The notes beneath the pieces are model-generated. The model was not told the origin of the DNA and did not search any database. It worked only from the letters and a program-made list of their open reading frames with translations. A stretch of 64,000 bases of DNA from assembly GCA_973895155.1 (NCBI GenBank), contig OZ316894.1, positions 24,612,709-24,676,708 of the forward strand, read 5' to 3'. Positions 37,189 to 47,607 of this stretch are shown here, in pieces; position 1 is the first letter of the stretch; every line of letters begins with the position of its first letter. Position numbers and translations under genes: made by a program. The DNA comes from Marsupella aquatica. Its lineage: Eukaryota; Plantae; Marchantiophyta.

Positions 37189-39365
37189 TTGAAGAATGTT
37201 CTATTGGATGGAGGATCTGCAGTAAATATTATGAGTGAACGAACGTGTAGAATGTTGGGAAAGGTGAAATTATTACCAGCACCTTTTAATTTAGTAATGG
37301 CTGATCAGAGCAGTTGTCACCCACTAGGTTATGTACCAGACTTACCTATGTTAATCTCAGGCATTAAGTATAATCTGGGCGTAGTAGTTCTGAGGGACGC
37401 AGACTCTACCATGGGGCAACCAATGCTGTTGGGACGGCCATGGCTACGACAGGCCAAGGTTAAGCAACACTGGGGGAAAGACAAAGATTATATTAAAATT
37501 GAACATCATGGAGAAATATTCAAGATTCGTACTAAAGCCATCGATGATAGCACACCACCCATAGCTAGGGTATGTACACTTAATTGGGCTGAAGGGTTGA
37601 ATGAAGAGGAAGAAGAAACTTATATGAAATGTCGTCCTGACTTAATACCAATTAGTGAAGTGGAAGTGGTTAAATTGGACGACATACAAGGGATGACCAG
37701 AGAGAAAATGGATCATGATTTGAGAAATGATTTATTGAATCACATTAACCCACAAGGCATTCAAGATTGCTCTCTAGTAGAAGAAGAAGCTACCACGACC
37801 TTGAAAAATATTCCAGAAAAATTCATCAGCTGAAGTACCACTGAAGAAGAACATACTCAAAAGGTTAATTTGGGCGACGATGAAAAACCTTGAGAGGTAA
37901 AAATTGGAAAGCAACTGACGCAGGAAATCAAACAACAACTTACTACTCTACTTGAGGAATTCAAGGACGTTTTTGCTTGGGATTATACCGAGTTAAAAGG
38001 TATACCAAAAACGATTGGAGTACATCGGATAAGGTTGATACCAGGAACGGTACTAGTACAAACGCAACGGTATCGAATGAACCCAAATTATGCTGAGAAG
38101 GTCAAAGAGGAAATACAAAGATTACTGGATGCAAAATTTATTGAACCCGTTAATCGTTACACATGGTTATCACCCATAGTAGTAGTACCAAAGAAAAATG
38201 GGAAACTCAGGGTATGCATTGATTTCCGCAAGTTAAATGCAACAACGATTAAAGATCCATTTCCTGTACCTTTTCTTGAAGCAGTATTAGACGTTGTAGC
38301 GGGGAAATCCGCATATTCATTTCTGGATGGTTACAGTGGATATAGTCAGGTACGATTAGCTTCGGAAGCTAGAGAATTAACAATGTTTATTACGGAATGG
38401 GGTGCATTCCAATGCTTAGTATTACCTTTTGGATTATGTAATGGGCCCAGCACATTTCAGAGGCTTATGATGATGCAGTTCCATGAATACTTAAATCAGT
38501 TCATGCAAATCTTTCTTGATGACTTTACAATATATATGGGGAGGAAGAATAGCACATTAACCATCTAAGATTATGTCTGTTAAGATGTAGAGGAGGGGTC
38601 AGTTTAAATCCGGACAAATGTACATTTTTTGTACCATCAGGGAAAATATTGGGTCATATAGTATGCAAACAAGGTCTATTAGTGGATCCTAACAAGATTA
38701 AGATTATAAAAGAAATGCCAGTACCCACAAGTGCAACGCAAGTGAGAAGGTTCTTAGGGAGTGGAGGTTTCTATCGACGATACATCAAGGGTTACTTGCA
38801 AATCAGCGCTCCTCTAGCGCGATTAACCGGTAATCATCAAGCTTTCAATTGGGACGACGACTGTCAAAAGGATTTTGAGGAAATCAAGGAGCGGCCGTGT
38901 CACACGCCAATACTTAAGGAGCCAGATTGGAAGAAGGAGTTCCATTTGCACACCGACGCATCATTGGTGGCAGTTGGAGTAGTATTAGCACAAACCGGAG
39001 AACAGGGTATAGATTTACCTGTTTACTATGCAAGTAGATTACTGAATGTGCATGAAAAGAATTATACCACCACTGAGAGGGAAGCATTGGCTATGATTTT
39101 CGCTGTAAAAAAATTCAGACACTACTTGTTAGGGAACTGTTTTGTATTCTTTGTAGACCACAACGCTCTGGTTAACTTAGTAAACAAACCTCAATTATCA
39201 AGAAGAATAGCCAGATGGATTCTTTTATTGGCGGAGTTTGATTACACAATTATTTACAAACTAGGAAAAACACATGTTATACCAGATTATTTAAGTAGAC
39301 TAGAATCAAGGGAAGTATCCACTGTAGAAGATGATCAACTACCTGACATGGGATTATTCCAAGAG
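37189..39365 (+). pseudogene. pol: Gypsy pol: aspartic protease, reverse transcriptase and RNase H (stops/frameshifts); truncated before integrase
   Basis: VLLDGGSAVNIM..MLLGRPWL; VVVPKKNGKLRVCIDFRKLN, LPFGLCNGPSTFQR, FLDDF; LHTDASLVAVG, NYTTTEREALAMIFAVKKFRHYL, PDYLSR. Confidence 0.93.
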
Positions 39366-40101
39366 GAAAACTACCCGGTATCAGCAGAAGCTGTCAATGG
39401 AAGTAGAGAGACTACAAAAGAAAGAGGACAACATTGCAACTATCGAACGAGGATGGAGGCACGAAGAAACTGCCATGGAATCACTGGCAGAGTTTTTAGG
39501 CATGAGAACATTCCAAACGGGAGGCTTGACGGTAAACTACAAAGGTGTGACCACAGCGATTAGGGCAACGATTGAAGCAGAGAAGATTGAGAACCGCGAA
39601 GCACAGTTGCAATCCGAAGCGAACGTGGAGTCCTTAAAAGAGGTTAAGAAATTACAGATGCAACTCAAGGATACAGTGGGTAAGCATCGTAAAGAAGCCA
39701 GCAAGTGGGAAAAAGAGCAAAAGGAGGTCAAGGAGATAAAGTTGAAATGGGAAGAATTAGACTCCCAACTCCGTCAAAACATGGGTACAACTTTGCCAAC
39801 AGATATAATGCTAGGGGTACACAAGGAAGCGTTCAACACCAAAATTGACCAATTGAGTAAGCAGTTGCACACAGCGAATGATCGAATTGCAGAATTAGAA
39901 GCACAACTAGTGCAAGCAAAGGCTCAGCGACCAGGCGACGAAGGGAGAATGGAGGAAGTAGAACAGCTCAGGAATGAAAATGATCAGATTTCTCAGGAAT
40001 TAGAGGATAAGGAATGGTGCATTCTAGACATGAAATCCGAAATCCGGAAGCTGAAGGCGCAAAATCGTACAGCAGTAACTCCAAGCAAGAAAACAGGTTA
40101 G
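39360..40101 (+). CDS. 5'-truncated extra coiled-coil ORF between pol and the 3' LTR
   Basis: About 245 open codons rich in E/K/Q heptads, fused directly after RNase H where integrase is expected. Confidence 0.6.
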
Positions 40102-40231
40102 TAGTCGAGAATCAAAGGAGAAGAGTTACGGAAGCGGTGGAGCGAACAACGAACAACGAACAACGAACAGGAAATGATGGTCGATGGAGTAGTAAACGGA
40201 TATCGAGGACGAATCCGTAAGTAAAGGAGAA

Positions 40232-41168
40232 TGTAAACCAAGAAAATAATTAAGTAGAATTAGTGGAGAAACGTCAAGCAGAAGTTAATAGATCAAGTAT
40301 TTAAAGGGATCGGTGGCAGGTAGAAATAGCTTAGTAAGATGGCGGGGAGACTAACATTAGAAGGCACGACAATTTTTGCTATTTGGAGTAGTATCGGACT
40401 AGGGTTTTGCTATGAAGGATGCGACACCAAGCTAGGAGACGGCAAAGATTGCGCTCTGGGGGTGAAAGCAAGACAACAAAGGCAAATGGGAGAAGAACGA
40501 TTGAACATTTTCAGCAGGGATCGAGGACTTTGAGGTATAACAACTTAAGAAGTCAATTCAATAGACAACTGGTGCGTAGCAGAGTCTGGTTGGAGATTGT
40601 GTGGTTCGAAGGTGACAATCTGGTCATCATACACCTCCTTCATAACGAAGTAATTGTCGGATTGGTGTTTCTACTATGAATAGCTATTCTTGAATTACTC
40701 TATCATATACGAACTTGATTAGTCGGAGAGTAAATCAATGAGACAATTGGGTCTAAGAGATCACAATTCCTGGAAATATGAATCCTGATAGCAAGAATCA
40801 AGATAGTCACTCACTAATTAGACTCAGACCGATAGAATTGTGGATCTGTTCAATCGGTTTGCACTTGATCACTCGTCGGTTGAAGGAAGAAAACATTCCA
40901 ATTTGTATCTTCACTTACCGTGAGTGGTGTGGGTTTATAGACTGAGATTGTGTACCGAGAAGGGTTAGTCTTAACTGAGTCGATTGTACCTAAGAAGTGG
41001 AAGGAAGAAGTAGACATCGAAGAACATTCAGCGGAAATCATAGGTTCAGAGTATGAAAAAGATTTACTAGATTACCCTGTTGTTGGACGATTAATAGGTT
41101 AATAGAAAAGCGAACGAATAGAGAAGAGTTAAGTTGAGTTAATCGTAGGGAAGAAATAGTGTTTAACA
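40232..41168 (+). repeat. Gypsy 3' LTR (937 bp, internally deleted)
   Basis: About 19 substitutions versus the aligned 5' LTR (by-eye count); the deletion joins at a GAGG microhomology. Confidence 0.93.
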
Positions 41169-41339
41169 GCAGCGCAGCGCACGAATGGGCAGAACAAGTT
41201 TAGATCTACATCACGGGGGAGATCTAAATCCAGAGGGAAATCGCAAGAGAGGAAACCTCTTGCATGTTGGAATTGTGGCAAGCCTAGCCACATGAAAAGG
41301 GATTGTTGAGTAAAGGTCCCTACTGCCTCTGCTAACGTG
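41169..41339 (+). pseudogene. gag: Copia gag 3' part with CCHC zinc knuckle
   Basis: Continues the frame broken at 32724: GR-AAQRTNGQNKFRSTSRGRSKSRGK...CWNCGKPSHMKRDC*VKVPTASANV. Confidence 0.9.
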
Positions 41340-43371
41340 AGAACCCCAAATTTCCAGTGACAAAACTAATAATTATGCATGGTTGTGGCAATTCAGGGAG
41401 TACTCTCAATGCATTGAAACCACCAATTTCAGAGGCAGATTGTTCTGAGGGAGTCTTGATTGAGCAGAGCAACCCAGACTTCCGTTGGGGCCTTGAGTTC
41501 TCTAGAGTTGATTTTGATTATCTTAGCACAACAAAGAGACGGGAACCCGTGTTGTGCATAAAGGTCAGAACGTCAGAAGGGGAGACTCTTGTAATTGGAC
41601 CTGTAGTCTTCGTTGGAATTGAAGGAAGGGGATTTGTTTCAGTCATTCTTGAGCTCCATGAAAGAATAAGGTGGGTTAAACTTCATCTCCCGTCAAAGGC
41701 GTATTCCTCCGAGTTCAATATTGAGTGGTCTGCAGCTGGAGAACTTGGCGTGTTGTCAATGGGATTTTTCCCAAAATCATATTCAACTCAGAAAGTTATT
41801 GCAGGGGTGAAGGGGATTCTTCCACTTGACATCATGTATGGATTCCAATATGTGAAGCTAAATATCCATAAAAACCAAGGGAATTACACAATCCTGGTGA
41901 CATGGGTTTTAAGTAATCTGCTTGACAAGGCAGGTTTCCTATCTTCAGAGTTAAGTGTTTGGCTTGATAGGAACATTGCATTTGGTGAGGAGTTTGTGAT
42001 GGATAATGCAAAAAAGTGGATAAATTCATTACCCAAGCCTACAAATGTTCCACCAGTAGCGGTGAAAGAGCTTCCACCAGTAGTTGTGAACACAGAAGTT
42101 CCCAAGCCACCAAAAGTATCCTAGGAGACAACAGGGACTGCAAGAACAACAGCTGGGACCGCAGGAACAACAACTGGGACAAGCACCAAAAGAGTGGTAG
42201 GGAAGCGAAGAAGAAGAGAGAGCAAGGAGCACGAGAAAATTGAAACACTGCCAAAGGAACCTGAGAAGAAGCCAGTAGGGAAGAAGAAACAGAAGACTGA
42301 CAAGTCTATCGTGCAGTCAACCCCTGCAGAAGTACAGATGCTCCCAGAAGATGAGGGAGACAAACTTGATGCCCCTGAGGAGAAGAAGGTCTTAGAAGGA
42401 AATGATGTTCTCCAAAGAATAAAGCAGTACTATACTTTTGGGATAAATGAATTGTTTTCTATTCTAGTGGAGAAAATTATGCCTGCACCGGCAAGATTAT
42501 GTTACAGGATGCTCAATAGTACCCATGTGAAGCACATAGCCGAATCCATGGTCAAAAACCCTGGACATAAACCTCATGTTGCGGACCTGCTTCCTTAAAA
42601 TCCAAAGCTTCGAAAGTTGCTCCATTTTGACAGCACGAAGAACGACCGCAAAGACTTTCTTGCAGGTGTGAAGAAAGGCGAGATTGGTTTCTTTGCCATC
42701 AGTGGGCAACATTTGGCTAGGGCGGCCAAGTGGGTTCTCGAATGGGCCAAAACTGATGCCAAGCTCACAGTGTTGGCAAAAAAGTTAAAATACAAGAAGT
42801 CTAGATTATTGTCAGACCTTACACCATCGGCTATATTGGTTGAGCACTCAATGAGATCAAATGCCATCAATTCGACGATGGTGTTTCAATCGTGCTTCAA
42901 AGATACAATTATTCATGCAAGGAAACAATTCATTGAATGCAGAGCACCAAGAAAGCCAAAGCACGGGGACAACAAGTCAAACGCCCAAGACAATCAGAAA
43001 TTTCAGGTGAGAAACATATTTTCTTGTTTGGACAGAGATGGTCTCTGTCCAAGAGAGAGATCGTCCGTTACATTGATTTTAGTTCAATATATTTTTGGTT
43101 ATGACTTGGATGGAGATGGTCTCTGTCCAAGAGAGAGACCGTCTGTTACATTGATTTTAGTTCAATATATTTTTTAGTTATGACTTGGATGGAGATGATC
43201 TCTGTCCAAGAGAGAGACCGTCCGTTACATTGATTTTAGTTCAATATATGTTTTGGTTATGACTTGGATGGAGATGATCTCTGTCCAAGAGAGAGACCGT
43301 CCGTTACATTGATTTTAGTTCAATATATGTTTTGGTTATGACTTGGATGGAGATGGTCTCTGTCCAAGAGT
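41340..43371 (+). pseudogene. Foreign gene fragment inserted in Copia gag-pol: one reading frame to 43006 with two stops and a ParB/Srx-like motif, followed by an intron start
   Basis: ORFs at 41357, 42194 and 42617 share a frame. Motif RMLNSTHVKHIAESM...FFAISGQHLARAAK. CAG|GTGAG donor at 43007. The Copia frame resumes at GTG GCA TCA (43372). Confidence 0.7.
43028..43370. repeat. Minisatellite, 78-79-bp unit, ~4.3 copies, each with a hairpin
   Basis: GAGATGGTCTCTGTCCAAGAGAGAGACCGTCCGTTACATTGATTTTAGTTCAATAT at 43035, 43113, 43192, 43271 and 43350 (last copy truncated). Confidence 0.92.
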
Positions 43372-46300
43372 GTGGCATCAATCTCGCATGAGATAGATTT
43401 ACTCAATGATGATGACATATTGTGATGTCAAGGTTATGCTCTCAACGTAGTGTCAAATCCAGGTAGTGATGACTGGATTCTAGATAGTGCATGTACTTTT
43501 CACATTTGCTCTAGGAGAGATTTTTTCAGTTCTTACACGGTTTCCAACGGGTCAGTGTTGATGGGAAATGGAATCCCATGTCAAGTTGTTGGACTTGGAT
43601 CTGTAAGATTTCAGATGTTTGATGGTGCTGTGAGAACGTTGAGAAATATGAGACATATTTCCAGCATGATGAAAAATCTCATTTCACTTGGAGTTTTAGA
43701 AGCAAATGACCATCAGTGGAGTTTTGCTAATGGTGTTCTTCAGGTTTCAACTGGTACTAAAGTTGTATTGAAGGGAAAGAGACATAGCAATCTATACGTT
43801 TTGGAGGGCAGTGTAGTCTGTGATGAAGCCAATGTAACCTTATCTCATGAGGAGACGGCCCGGCTGTGGCACTTTTGTTTGGGCCACATGAGTGAAAAAG
43901 GTTTGGCTATTCTTCCAAAAAAAGGATTACTTTCTAATTTGCAGTCTTGTAAGTTGGAATTTTGTGAGCACTGTGTGCTTGGGAAGCAGCTCAAGAAACC
44001 CTTCGGAGTTGGAACTCACACCAGCAAGGAGGTACTTGAGTATGTACATAGTGATGTGTGGGGTCCAGCCCCTACTCCCTCACATTCTAGACGATTATAC
44101 TATATCATGTTCATAGACGATTACTCACTGAAGGTATATGTGGATCTACTTTCTACACAATAAGTCTGATGTTTTTACCACTTTTAAGGAGTGGAAAGCC
44201 CAAGTAGAGAATCGGACTGGTAATAAGGTGAGATATCTTTGATCGGATAACGACGGTGAATACAGTTCTGGGGAATTTGGAATGTATTGTAAGGAGCAGG
44301 GGATTACCCGCCATCCCACAACAAGTTATACTCCTCAACAGAATGGTGTTTCTGAGAGACTCAACCAAACACTATTGGACCGCTCGAGGAGTATGTTGAG
44401 TCAATCATGCTTACCACATAAGTTTTGGGCTGAAGCTATCAACACTGCAGCTTATTTGGTAAATTTTTCTCCATCCAGTTCTATTGGATTCAAGACGCCA
44501 TTTGAAATGAGGTACGGGCGTCCAGCAGATTACTCACATCTCAGGATTTTTGGATGTGATGCATATGTGCTTGCACCTTCCCAGCTTCGATCCAAGCTGG
44601 AGTCCAAGTCAAAGAAGTGCATTTTCCTTGGCTATTAAAAAGGTGTGAAGGGTTATAGGTTATGGGATCCAGTAACCTATAAACTAATTGTCAGTAGAGA
44701 TGTGTCCTTTAATGAATCCAGATCATCAAAAGAGGGGGAGAGTTCTCAGGATTCTCATACTGACAAGGGGAAATCTCCCATCCCGGACCAGGTTGAGGGG
44801 GAGATTAGTCATGATGTTGTTCATGATAGGAGAGATGGAGAAGCTCTAGGCTTGGAGCTGGTTCCTATGATGGAACAAGAGGAGCATATTGCTGCTGGGG
44901 TACCTCAAATTCAACTAGCAACAGCAACAGATCAGCCAGAGTCATCTACTAGAAGAACTTCCAGTCGTTCTACTAGAGCTCCTACCAGGTATGGTCAATG
45001 GGCAGACTCATCTAAGCTAGATGACATTGACATTGCACTTGATGATGATGATATGGCTTTGATCTTGGAAGAAGGAGAGCCTTCTTCGTACAGTGAGGCT
45101 TGTGCTTCAGAGCAGAAGCATGAGTGGAATGCAGCAATGCGAGGGAGTTGCAATCTTTGAGTGACAACAAGACATGGGAGCTGGTGGAGCTTCCAAGAGG
45201 TCAGCAAGTGGTGGACAGCAAGTGGATTTACAAGTTGAAGGACAGTCCTTCAGAGGGTGGAGATAAGATCTACAAGGCAAGGCTTGTTGCCAAGGGGTTC
45301 ACTCAGGAGAAAGGAGTGGATTACAATGAGGTCTTTTCATCGGTGGCTAAGTATTCCACAATTTGGATCTTGTGTCAGCTTCTTGAGTTTTTTAATCTGG
45401 TGATGGATCAGATGGATGTTGTTACATCTTTTCTCTATGACAACATGGAAGAGTTGATCTTCATGAGACAACCACTAGGCTTTATGAAGAAGGGCCAAGA
45501 GAACTTAGTTTGCAGATTGCTCAAGTCCTTGTATGGATTGAAGCAATCTCCCAGACAGTGGAACAAGTTTTTTTGATGATTTCATGCTTCCTCAAGGTTT
45601 TACAAGGATGGTGTATGATCCTTGTGTGTATACAAAATCAGTCAAGAATGATGTATTTGGTTTCATCATTTTGGTGATCTATGTGGATGACATGCTGATT
45701 GTGGCTAAAGATCAATCTAAGGTTGACAATTTCAAGGCGAAATTGAGTGCTGAATTCAGGATGAAGGATCTTGGTAAGGCCAAGAGGACTAGGGATGAAG
45801 ATTTTTAGGAACTCTGATACTAGACAGTTGTGCTTGAGTCAAGGCCAATATGCGAGGAAAGTACTTGCACGATTCAACATGGAGAACTATAAGCCAATGA
45901 GTATTCCTTTAGCTTCACATTTCAAGTTATCATCGGCTTTCTCTCCTACGAATGCTGTGGAGAAAGGCCTGATGGCTAAGATTCCTTATGAGAAGGCAGT
46001 AGGCAGTCTAATGTATTTGATGACTTGTACTAGGCCTGACTTGGCCCTAGCGATGGGCAAGGTTAGCAGATTCATGTCAAATCTAGGGAAGGTACATTGA
46101 GAAGCTGTGAAGTGGATTCTAAAGTATCTGAAGGGAACACATGACTATGGATTACTATTCGATGCCAGATCAGATAGAACATTAGTTGGCTATGTAGATT
46201 CTGACTATGGAGGCTGTCTGGATACAAGGAGGTCTACAACTGGGTTTGTATTTACTCTTGGAGGAGGATGTATCAGTTGGAAATCTACCTTGTAGAAGTG

Positions 46301-46646
46301 TATATCTCAGTCTACTACAGAAGTAGAGTATGTTGCAGCAGTAGAAACAGCAAAGGAAACAATTTGGTTGGACAAGTTGATCGCGGAGATGGGTTTAGAG
46401 CATGGCAAAATGACTCTAAACTGTGATAGTCAGAGTGCTCTTCACTTGGCTGCTAACCAGGTGATGAATAGCAGGGTGAAGCACATTGATATCAGGTACC
46501 ATTTTATCAGGCAAACAGTGTCTGATAAACCTTTTGAGCTAGTCAAGATTGATGGAAAGCTCAATCCCGCTGATGCCTTTACCAAAGTGATTCCTTTGGA
46601 GAGTTTCTCAAGACACCGTGCTACTTTGCAGGTTTTGCAGTTATAG
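43372..46646 (+). pseudogene. pol: Copia pol: protease, GAG-pre-integrase, integrase, RT and RNase H, with multiple stops/frameshifts
   Basis: WILDSACTFHIC, LWHFCLGHMS..CEHCVLGKQ, VHSDVWGP, PQQNGVSERLN, YKARLVAKGFTQ, LYGLKQSPRQW, YVDDML, GYVDSDY, RVKHIDIRYHFIR. Confidence 0.95.
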
Positions 46647-46853
46647 TACAAGTAGAGTTATTTAGCAATGTGTGACTATTTGTATATGGATTACTCATTC
46701 CTGTTTGGCTACGGCTTAGTTCTAGTTAACCCTTAGTTAACCCTTGTGGTTTTTAGGGGGAGACCTGGTTTGGTGATTGTCTAGAACTTCCCGCCAAGGA
46801 TTCCATATGGTAGCATTTAGTCCAATCCCCAAGACAAGAGTCAAGGGGGAGTT

Positions 46854-47200
46854 TGTTAGATATTGAGTCTCTAGTCTTGTGACTCATGAGCTAACTACAG
46901 TTAGTCTAACTCAGGTTAGGACTTAGCTAATGTTAGCGGTAGTGCTGTTGTGCATATAGCCAGGGCTGATGCCAGACCCTGGTGGAACTTAGGCTCATTG
47001 TTACAGAGCTAGTTGAGAGATAGGGAGAGCTTGTGCTGTGAATGCTTGGTATGGCCGGTCGGCCTAGAGTGCAGTAAAGCTCTTGTGTGTTCCCGTGGAC
47101 GTAGCCTCATGTGGAGGTGAACCACGTTTCTCTCTGTGTCGACTATTGTGCGTTGGATGGTTCATGGGCTTGCCGTTACAAATGTCGTCTATGCTCAACA
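46854..47200 (+). repeat. Copia 3' LTR
   Basis: 347 bp, followed by TSD GATTC at 47201-47205. Confidence 0.95.
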
Positions 47201-47452
47201 GATTCCATGGATAAGTACTTGCAGGCTTGGCCGTGGCATCTTTGCAGGAGCCTTAATTTTCTTAGACACGATAGACTGCAGCTGCTACCAGGAGTGGGAT
47301 CACAAAAGTAGAAAGCTTGGACAGAGTCTTGCTTACAACTCTTGTTGGTTGCTCAATATTATCTCTAAGTGAACAGCAGTAGTTTTTCCCCAATTGATGG
47401 CCCTGATTGCATCTTGGAGACAAGAAAAAGATGGAAACTGCCACGGACATCT

Positions 47453-47607
47453 TGTAAAGCCACCCTTAGTTCAAAGTAGTGTGGACGTTCTAAAGCCACG
47501 CTCATTTCAGAGTAGTGTGGACATTATAAAGCCACCCTCATTTCAGAGTAGTGTGCCCATGAGGCAGGGACGTCTTGTAAAGCCACCCTTAATTCACAGT
47601 AGTGTTG
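47453..47607. repeat. Tandem array of ~36-bp units (TAAAGCCACCCT...AGTAGTGT), 4 copies
   Basis: Directly visible; the TAAAGCCACCCT core also occurs near 13891 and 19931. Confidence 0.75.

Larger units (their letters stand above)
32725..41168 (+). mobile_element. Nested Ty3/Gypsy LTR retrotransposon (probably non-chromovirus), integrase deleted
   Basis: LTRs 32725-34624 and 40232-41168 (TGTAAAC...GTTTAACA), TSD GCAAC/GCAGC, PBS TGGCGACCATACTGGGGA at 34628-34645, purine tract GTAAAGGAGAA before 40232. Domains gag-PR-RT-RH. Confidence 0.95.
29820..47200 (+). mobile_element. Full-length, decayed Ty1/Copia LTR retrotransposon (Tnt1/Tork-like) with two internal insertions
   Basis: LTRs 29820-30162 and 46854-47200 (TG..CA), TSD GATTC, tRNA-iMet PBS TGATATCAGAGC at 30165-30176, PPT AAGGGGGAG at 46843-46851. 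Domain order is gag-PR-INT-RT-RH. Confidence 0.96.

Noticed and set aside
43028-43370. CRISPR-like array (palindromic repeat plus spacer)
   Set aside because: The spacers are near-identical, so this is a minisatellite; the context is eukaryotic and there are no cas genes.
41340-43371. CACTA transposon (3-bp GTG duplication)
   Set aside because: There are no CACTA/TAGTG termini or TIRs, and the insert starts mid-ORF and ends mid-repeat.
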